Source: an uncultured Candidatus Saccharibacteria bacterium (GTDB lineage Bacteria > Patescibacteriota > Minisyncoccia > Phycocordibacterales > UBA5272). From it: a DNA stretch of 64,000 nt. Shown here piece by piece: positions 58,711 to 64,000 of this stretch. Both the position numbers and the translations under genes were made by a program. The notes beneath the pieces were generated by a model. That model had not been told where the DNA came from, made no database searches, and saw only the letters and a program-made list of their open reading frames with translations. Every line of letters begins with the position of its first letter. The first letter of the stretch is position 1. Location: positions 16,428 to 80,427 of the forward strand of contig CAYJED010000004.1 in the NCBI GenBank assembly GCA_964369115.1. The letters run 5' to 3'.

Positions 58711-59121
58711 TTACATGTCGCGGTTTTTCTTTTCAGGGTTGGCAAGATTTTTCTTCCAACCGCCAAACATCTTGCCAACTTCTTCGAGTTTCAATGCAAC
58801 GCTCTCACAGTGAGCGTTTGAAATAAGCTTGCCCTCCCATGCAACAGAAACAAGAAACTTTAGTGTGTCTAACACCAAAATACACTCATTAATTTTCTCC
58901 TCTTTCTTATCTTTTTCTATAAAATAGGCAATGTATGACAATTCAAGCAGATCGAGAAACTTGTTCTCAATTCGTGAGCCAATTGTATAGCGTGCCCCTT
59001 TAGCAATATGCGGAACAATATTAACCCAAATCAAATAGCCCTCTTTAATCCTGTTGAGAATCGAGGCGTTGTTGGTGTGCGAAAGTCGGGGGGGGGGGGG
59101 GAGATTAGTAGCTCGGTTCAT
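58711..59121 (-). CDS. avd: Avd-like four-helix-bundle accessory protein (copy 1)
   Basis: About 130 aa with HIAKGARYTIGSRIENKFLDLLELSYIA...LEEVGKMFGGWKK, resembling the Avd/23S-rRNA-IVS four-helix-bundle family. A poly-C run (14 nt) encodes PPPP near the N-terminus. Confidence 0.6.
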   Translation of the reverse strand: MNRATNLPPPPRLSHTNNASILNRIKEGYLIWVNIVPHIAKGARYTIGSRIENKFLDLLELSYIAYFIEKDKKEEKINECILVLDTLKFLVSVAWEGKLISNAHCESVALKLEEVGKMFGGWKKNLANPEKKNRDM

Positions 59122-59211
59122 ATCTACAATAATATCATTTCTGTCGAAAACTTACTCGTCGCATGGCGAGAATTCCTCCATGGAAAACGGACTGCCCCTC
59201 TTTGCCTATAA
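59008..59211 (+). pseudogene. truncated 5' fragment of the DGR reverse transcriptase (copy 1 of duplication)
   Basis: Identical to the first 60 codons of the 62377.. ORF (...ENLLVAWREFLHGKR), then interrupted by the duplication junction. Confidence 0.6.
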
Positions 59212-59373
59212 CAGGTAAGAGAAAACAGTCCTTTCGGGGACGAAGCACTAAATATATAAACACTATGGGGTACAAATGAACTCTAACATAAAAACACCTC
59301 TAAATAAAGGCTTATTTAGAGGTGTTTACCAACAGTCTGGACTTTGCGAGTGCTTCGCGTCATTTAATAGTAT

Positions 59374-59697
59374 GTGGACGATATTGAGGCCGTTATCAAG
59401 GCCAGCCAGCATTTCAAATATGAGGAATCCGAGGTAAGTTATGCTTTCAACAAAGCCTCTGACTTACCGGAATCTAAGTCGAATCTGAAGCGAGCCATAA
59501 AGGAGCGCATTCAGCTTTTGTGCGCTTCATATATTTCACTGGCTTCTTTCTTGCCTGATGAGGATGCGGAATATTTGCTCGGCCTTCATGGAGAGCAGAA
59601 GAAAAAGCGATCAATTAAAATCATGATGCGAATGATGAAAGAAATGGATAAGCTCGAAAAAGAGATCCGTAATTTTGATCCGTTTTCACCTCTATAA
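59374..59697 (+). CDS. hypothetical protein (duplicate of 56005..56328)
   Basis: Exact duplicate. Confidence 0.25.
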   Translation: MDDIEAVIKASQHFKYEESEVSYAFNKASDLPESKSNLKRAIKERIQLLCASYISLASFLPDEDAEYLLGLHGEQKKKRSIKIMMRMMKEMDKLEKEIRNFDPFSPL

Positions 59698-59788
59698 AAA
59701 ATTGAGCGGACTCGCTTCGCGAGTAAATGCCAAAGGGTCAAAGAACCCAAGAGTCAAAGAATCAGAAAAATACAAAGAGACAACAGGT

Positions 59789-61630
59789 CTAAGATTCAGA
59801 CTTGCGGAGACGGAACACGAACTCAACGTCCGGAATCCACGCGCTGTCGGGCGACGCCCAACTGCGGCGCAGCCACAAACCGCCAACGTCGCGTTCGAGG
59901 CGGAAGACGTACGGGCTGCCGCCGGAGTCAGCGATTTGCTTCATACCAATACGTACCCATTCATTGAGAGGTTGATCTTTGTATTTAAGACGATAGTTAG
60001 GACCAGTATCAGGAGGACACAACTCCAAGCCAAGCGTTTGTGCGCGTTCGTAAATTTGGTCAGTGGTAGCGCTTGTCTTGAATCCGAGGTCAGCGACAGT
60101 AAGACGGATGAGTGTTGCTTCTTCGCGAGTCTTTCCGGGAATGAAGTCGCGATTTTTCATCATAGACTTTGCGTAATCAGAAATATTTATGTGAGCCGCT
60201 TCCATTTCAGCAATTAACTGTTCAGTAGTCTTGCCTCCGATCTCTACGCTTTCTCTGCGGATTTTCTTTTCAGGGAATGAAGTGTAGACATGTTCAAGAC
60301 CTTCCGGCAATTTTTGGAATATGCCTGGTTCAAGCTGTCCGACATAGGCTTTGGTGTCTTTTGTGATCTGACTTGGCACGTGAGCAATATCTTCTTTTGT
60401 ACACTCAAAAATAACAAGCATGTCTTCCTCGGTGTTTCGCCCTTTGCGTAGTTCAGCGATACGAGGGTCTGTCTGATAACCGAACCCTTCAATTGATGAA
60501 TTGATTTCGTAGAGGAATACTAAATCGTCTTTGGTAAAGGGTTCATCCTGTTCACGCTTCTGGTCGAGAGCGGTCAGTATTTTCATATCTCCGCTTTTCT
60601 TGCGGTACGCATCAGCCTCACCACCAAAGTCTTGGAGTTTTGCATCAAGTGCTTCCTGCATAATTGGCTCTACGCCCTGATGCGGAAGAATACCTCTCAC
60701 TTCGCCGATTCTATTGTCGCCCTCCATGCGGATCGCAAGACGAGGTTGGGTTGGTTCGCCGTTTGAATCATTCGTGTAATAAACATAAAAGTCGCCATTC
60801 TCTATTTGTGTTTCTGCTGTCGATTTACCGGCAGTACACCAACCAGTTCCTTTTCCTTCAAGTGACTCAAATAATTGTTCGGCATCGCCGCTCTGTCCTT
60901 GTTGATATTTTTTCCATTCACCTTTAACTTCCTCGCGGTTCTCCATTGAAGCGGCGAGAGATTTTGAAATGAGTTCGGCGTATAAGCTCGGAAACTTTTG
61001 AGAAAAGGCTTCGCGGATTTCAGGCTCTTTGAGATTCTTATTGTCTTCTTTTACCTTGAGATAAATATCAGCAATCTGTGCCAACGGCTCGCGGTAGATA
61101 TCGGGGTATGGTGCAACAGTACTATCGGTACGCTTTTTGAACTCGCCACGCTCCTTGTCGAACTGTGAAAGTTTAGTGATATTTTTCCAAACGAAGTACT
61201 TGAACCACGCTGGGTACATAGCATCGTCTGAAGTAAGGTACTCCATCCACGCATCAAGCGATGCCCGCTGATCTTCAATAGCAACATCCATCATTTGTTC
61301 ACGGACATTGTCAGGAATTTCCTCTACTGCTTGTCCGCGCTCGCGGGCGATGCGTTTCTGTAATTCAAAATATGATTCAGGAAAATTCTCCTTCTTTATG
61401 ATGAACGCATCATATATTTTATCGCGAAACATTTCGAGATTGCGTTCGCGTTTCTTTTCGTCAGGGTTAAGAAAAACATTCTCCAAGCGATCCATGTATG
61501 CCTCGATACGCTCGGCAGGATCGTTCGGCATTTTTTCGCCAGTGTGTCGCTCCTCTCGCACAACTGCCCGATTTACCTCGGGAGAGGTTTGGAGTTCTGG
61601 GCTTTTAAGATGGAGCGGATGTTTTTCCAT
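59789..61630 (-). CDS. DGR target protein (copy 2, identical)
   Basis: Identical 613-aa product, VR included. Confidence 0.8.
   Translation of the reverse strand: MEKHPLHLKSPELQTSPEVNRAVVREERHTGEKMPNDPAERIEAYMDRLENVFLNPDEKKRERNLEMFRDKIYDAFIIKKENFPESYFELQKRIARERGQAVEEIPDNVREQMMDVAIEDQRASLDAWMEYLTSDDAMYPAWFKYFVWKNITKLSQFDKERGEFKKRTDSTVAPYPDIYREPLAQIADIYLKVKEDNKNLKEPEIREAFSQKFPSLYAELISKSLAASMENREEVKGEWKKYQQGQSGDAEQLFESLEGKGTGWCTAGKSTAETQIENGDFYVYYTNDSNGEPTQPRLAIRMEGDNRIGEVRGILPHQGVEPIMQEALDAKLQDFGGEADAYRKKSGDMKILTALDQKREQDEPFTKDDLVFLYEINSSIEGFGYQTDPRIAELRKGRNTEEDMLVIFECTKEDIAHVPSQITKDTKAYVGQLEPGIFQKLPEGLEHVYTSFPEKKIRRESVEIGGKTTEQLIAEMEAAHINISDYAKSMMKNRDFIPGKTREEATLIRLTVADLGFKTSATTDQIYERAQTLGLELCPPDTGPNYRLKYKDQPLNEWVRIGMKQIADSGGSPYVFRLERDVGGLWLRRSWASPDSAWIPDVEFVFRLRKSES
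59801..59933 (-). repeat. DGR variable repeat VR (copy 2, identical to copy 1)
   Basis: Offset of 3369 from VR copy 1. Confidence 0.85.
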
Positions 61631-61922
61631 ATATGGTTCGCATTATAGCATAAATTACTGCGAAATAAAGAGGTTTTTGGTATACTATTTTCAGATTGGT
61701 TTCATTGAACGGCTACGGTTTTTCAAGACCAATTTACTTCATGTAGATTGAGAGCGCGAACGGTTACGGCTTTTCGCGGAGGATGTGCATTGAGGTCTTT
61801 AAAAAGAAAAAACTTGGTGCGACGCGCTGGTTGATTTTCGATCACGCATAACGATACAGCACGGCTTCTGGCATATCATGTGCGCTTAAGTCGGCGGTGA
61901 GATGGATGGCGTGCCGCACAAA

Positions 61923-62055
61923 CGCTGACTCCGACGGCAACCCGAACGTCTTCAACCTCGAACGCAACGATGACGGTTTGTGGCTGAACAACAATTGGGC
62001 GAAACCCGACAACACGTGGAATCCGGACAATAAGTTCGTGTTCCGTCTCCGAAAC
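61923..62055 (+). repeat. DGR template repeat TR (copy 2)
   Basis: Offset of 3369 from TR copy 1. Confidence 0.85.
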
Positions 62056-62079
62056 TATTTTCTTTTCCGCGACCTCATG

Positions 62080-62490
62080 TTACATGTCGCGGTTTTTCTT
62101 TTCAGGGTTGGCAAGATTTTTCTTCCAACCGCCAAACATCTTGCCAACTTCTTCGAGTTTCAATGCAACGCTCTCACAGTGAGCGTTTGAAATAAGCTTG
62201 CCCTCCCATGCAACAGAAACAAGAAACTTTAGTGTGTCTAACACCAAAATACACTCATTAATTTTCTCCTCTTTCTTATCTTTTTCTATAAAATAGGCAA
62301 TGTATGACAATTCAAGCAGATCGAGAAACTTGTTCTCAATTCGTGAGCCAATTGTATAGCGTGCCCCTTTAGCAATATGCGGAACAATATTAACCCAAAT
62401 CAAATAGCCCTCTTTAATCCTGTTGAGAATCGAGGCGTTGTTGGTGTGCGAAAGTCGGGGGGGGGGGGGGAGATTAGTAGCTCGGTTCAT
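62080..62490 (-). CDS. avd: Avd-like accessory protein (copy 2)
   Basis: Identical to copy 1. The G14 tract lies at 62457..62470. Confidence 0.6.
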   Translation of the reverse strand: MNRATNLPPPPRLSHTNNASILNRIKEGYLIWVNIVPHIAKGARYTIGSRIENKFLDLLELSYIAYFIEKDKKEEKINECILVLDTLKFLVSVAWEGKLISNAHCESVALKLEEVGKMFGGWKKNLANPEKKNRDM

Positions 62491-63480
62491 ATCTACAATA
62501 ATATCATTTCTGTCGAAAACTTACTCGTCGCATGGCGAGAATTCCTCCATGGAAAACGGAGCCGTAAAGATGTAGCCCAATTTTCAGTGCATCTGACCGA
62601 TAATATACTTGCCCTTCATCGTGAACTCGTTGATAAGACCTACCATCACGGTCCATACAAAGCTTTTCGTATCAACGATCCTAAGCCGCGCGATATTCAT
62701 AAGGCGAGTGTTCGTGATCGGTTACTTCACCATGCTATTTATAGAATTTTGTATCCATATTTTGATCCTAAATTTATTTTTGATTCATACTCATGTCGTC
62801 GTGGCAAAGGCACGCACCGTGCGCTTGATAGATTCCGAGACTATGCGCGCAAAGTTTCTAAAAATCATATCCAAACGGTGTGGGTGTTAAAGTGCGATAT
62901 CAGAAAGTTTTTTGCAAACATTGATCACAGAATTTTGGAAGATATTTTGAAACTCAGGATGGGAGATGAAGATGTGATACGGCTTTTCAGAGAAATAGTC
63001 GGCAGTTTTAATACCAAAGACAAACACGGTGTCGGTCTCCCTCTTGGCAATTTGACGAGCCAGCTACTAGTAAACATTTATATGAATGAGTTTGATCACT
63101 TTCTCAAGCGAGATTTGAAAATTAAATACTGCGTCAGATATGCGGATGATTTTGTTATCCTGCATAAAGACAAAAAATATTTAGAAAGTGTCTTGCCAAA
63201 AATCTCTGCATTTTTAGAGACAAGGCTCAAGCTTTCTCTGCATCCCGATAAGGTATTTATAAAAACATTCGCTTCGTGCGTGGACTTTCTTGGTTGGGTG
63301 CATTTTCCGCATCATCGCGTACCGAGGACATCAACAAAAAAGAGAATGTTCAGAAATTTAAATCAAAACCCAAAAAAGGAATCACTAAGTTCCTATGCTG
63401 GACTTCTGAGTCACGGCGATACACATGAATTACGAGAGACGATATTTGAGCGGTATTCAGACAATAAGGAGAAAAACTGA
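62377..63480 (+). CDS. DGR-type reverse transcriptase (5' boundary uncertain; ORF overlaps avd on the opposite strand)
   Basis: RT motifs: RINDPKPRDIHKASVRDRLLHHAI (1-2), LKCDIRKFFANIDH (3), GLPLGNLTSQLLVNIYM (4, the DGR-type SQ variant), YADD (5), LHPDK (6), FLGW (7). Confidence 0.8.
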   Translation: MRNNINPNQIALFNPVENRGVVGVRKSGGGGEISSSVHIYNNIISVENLLVAWREFLHGKRSRKDVAQFSVHLTDNILALHRELVDKTYHHGPYKAFRINDPKPRDIHKASVRDRLLHHAIYRILYPYFDPKFIFDSYSCRRGKGTHRALDRFRDYARKVSKNHIQTVWVLKCDIRKFFANIDHRILEDILKLRMGDEDVIRLFREIVGSFNTKDKHGVGLPLGNLTSQLLVNIYMNEFDHFLKRDLKIKYCVRYADDFVILHKDKKYLESVLPKISAFLETRLKLSLHPDKVFIKTFASCVDFLGWVHFPHHRVPRTSTKKRMFRNLNQNPKKESLSSYAGLLSHGDTHELRETIFERYSDNKEKN

Positions 63481-63554
63481 TTTTTGAGTTACCAACACCT
63501 ACCACTCGGGACGCTCTGGACTCCTAGGGCGAGTTGCGTCATCAATGTAGCTGT

Positions 63555-64000
63555 ATGAAAACAACAGCACCAATTGGCTACGAAATGACCCAAGTAGTCC
63601 AAACGCCAATAAAAGCACGATATTGCCTCTATGCCCGTAAATCGACGGAATCAGAAGAAAGACAAGTCCTTTCAATAGATTCACAGATCAAGGAAATGTT
63701 ACAGCTCGCAGAAAGAGAAGGCCTTGAGATTGTGGCAATGAAAAGAGAGTCCCACTCTGCCAAAGAGACAGGGCAACGACCCGTGTTCAATGAAATAATC
63801 GAAGAGCTCAGACAAGAGAAATTCAATGCGATATTAACTTGGGCACCTGATCGAATTAGCAGAAATGCCGGTGACTTGGGAAAGATAGTGGATCTCATGG
63901 ATGCAGGTAAGCTACTTCAAATACGGACATTTGGGCAAACATTTTCTAATAATCCCAATGAGAAGTTCCTCTTAATGATCCTCGGATCGCAGGCAAAGCT
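63555..64000 (+). CDS. serine recombinase (resolvase-domain N-terminus), 3' partial at window end
   Basis: MKTTAPIGY...YCLYARKSTESEERQVLSIDSQ...LTWAPDRISRN shows the catalytic Ser motif and the start of the resolvase fold. The ORF runs off the window. Confidence 0.7.
   Translation, partial: MKTTAPIGYEMTQVVQTPIKARYCLYARKSTESEERQVLSIDSQIKEMLQLAEREGLEIVAMKRESHSAKETGQRPVFNEIIEELRQEKFNAILTWAPDRISRNAGDLGKIVDLMDAGKLLQIRTFGQTFSNNPNEKFLLMILGSQAK

Larger units (their letters stand above)
55819..62560. repeat. exact tandem duplication (2 x 3369 bp + 4-bp microhomology) of a DGR target-TR-avd cassette
   Basis: 55819..59187 matches 59188..62556 at every position compared, and all ORFs are duplicated at offset 3369. 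The junctions share CGGA. Confidence 0.85.

Noticed and set aside
58528-58821. 97-aa ORF whose translation is Asn-rich (TNADSDGNPNVFNLERND...)
   Set aside because: This is the DGR template repeat read as protein. TRs are non-coding RNA templates. The ORF also runs antisense through the avd 3' end.
62377-62490. Taking the RT start at the first Met (62377), which overlaps 114 nt of the divergent avd gene
   Set aside because: The conserved RT N-terminal region begins around ENLLVAW (about 62515). The first 38 codons are antisense to avd and include the G14 tract. The true start is probably downstream or uses a non-ATG codon, so the boundary is left uncertain.
1-64000. CRISPR arrays or rRNA genes
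   Set aside because: No regularly spaced short direct repeats and no rRNA-like conserved stretches were seen. The only large repeats are the two tandem duplications and the 114-bp coding repeat.

Overview
The window is AT-rich (roughly 35-40% GC by eye) with short intergenic spacers. It most resembles a small-genome bacterium, possibly from the Candidate Phyla Radiation (Patescibacteria), because transketolase is split into two subunits, there are several T4SS-pilin-like two-TM paralogs, and a diversity-generating retroelement is present. The left half (1..31700) is mostly housekeeping: glyQS, rpmG, tRNA-Trp, an ABC exporter, gap, an rpiB/rpe-like/split-transketolase pentose-phosphate cluster, a pfkB kinase, fba, malic enzyme, tgt, uvrB, mnmA and a Zur/ZIP metal module. 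These genes are interspersed with a family of small secreted two-TM pilin-like proteins carrying hypervariable Cys/Gly-rich ectodomains. The right half (31700..64000) is accessory. It contains: (i) a 4333-bp integrative element encoding a large serine recombinase, present as an exact tandem dimer inserted in the 3' end of a tRNA-Glu(CUC) gene; (ii) a restriction-modification island with a ParB-fused methyltransferase plus a second methyltransferase, three unknown genes, and a Type III mod-res pair followed by a small membrane protein; (iii) a diversity-generating retroelement. The retroelement has a reverse transcriptase with the DGR-type motif 4, an Avd-like four-helix-bundle gene, and a 133-bp TR/VR pair that differs at 23 positions, all adenines in the TR. 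Its 613-aa target protein has a C-terminal CLec-like variable region. The whole 3369-bp target-TR-avd cassette is tandemly duplicated, and a second serine recombinase gene follows it. Several discrete high-GC (about 55-60%) genes, including a PEP-CTERM protein between rpmG and tRNA-Trp, look horizontally acquired or chimeric. No rRNA genes or CRISPR arrays were seen. All functional calls come from motif recognition by eye, since no database searches could be run.
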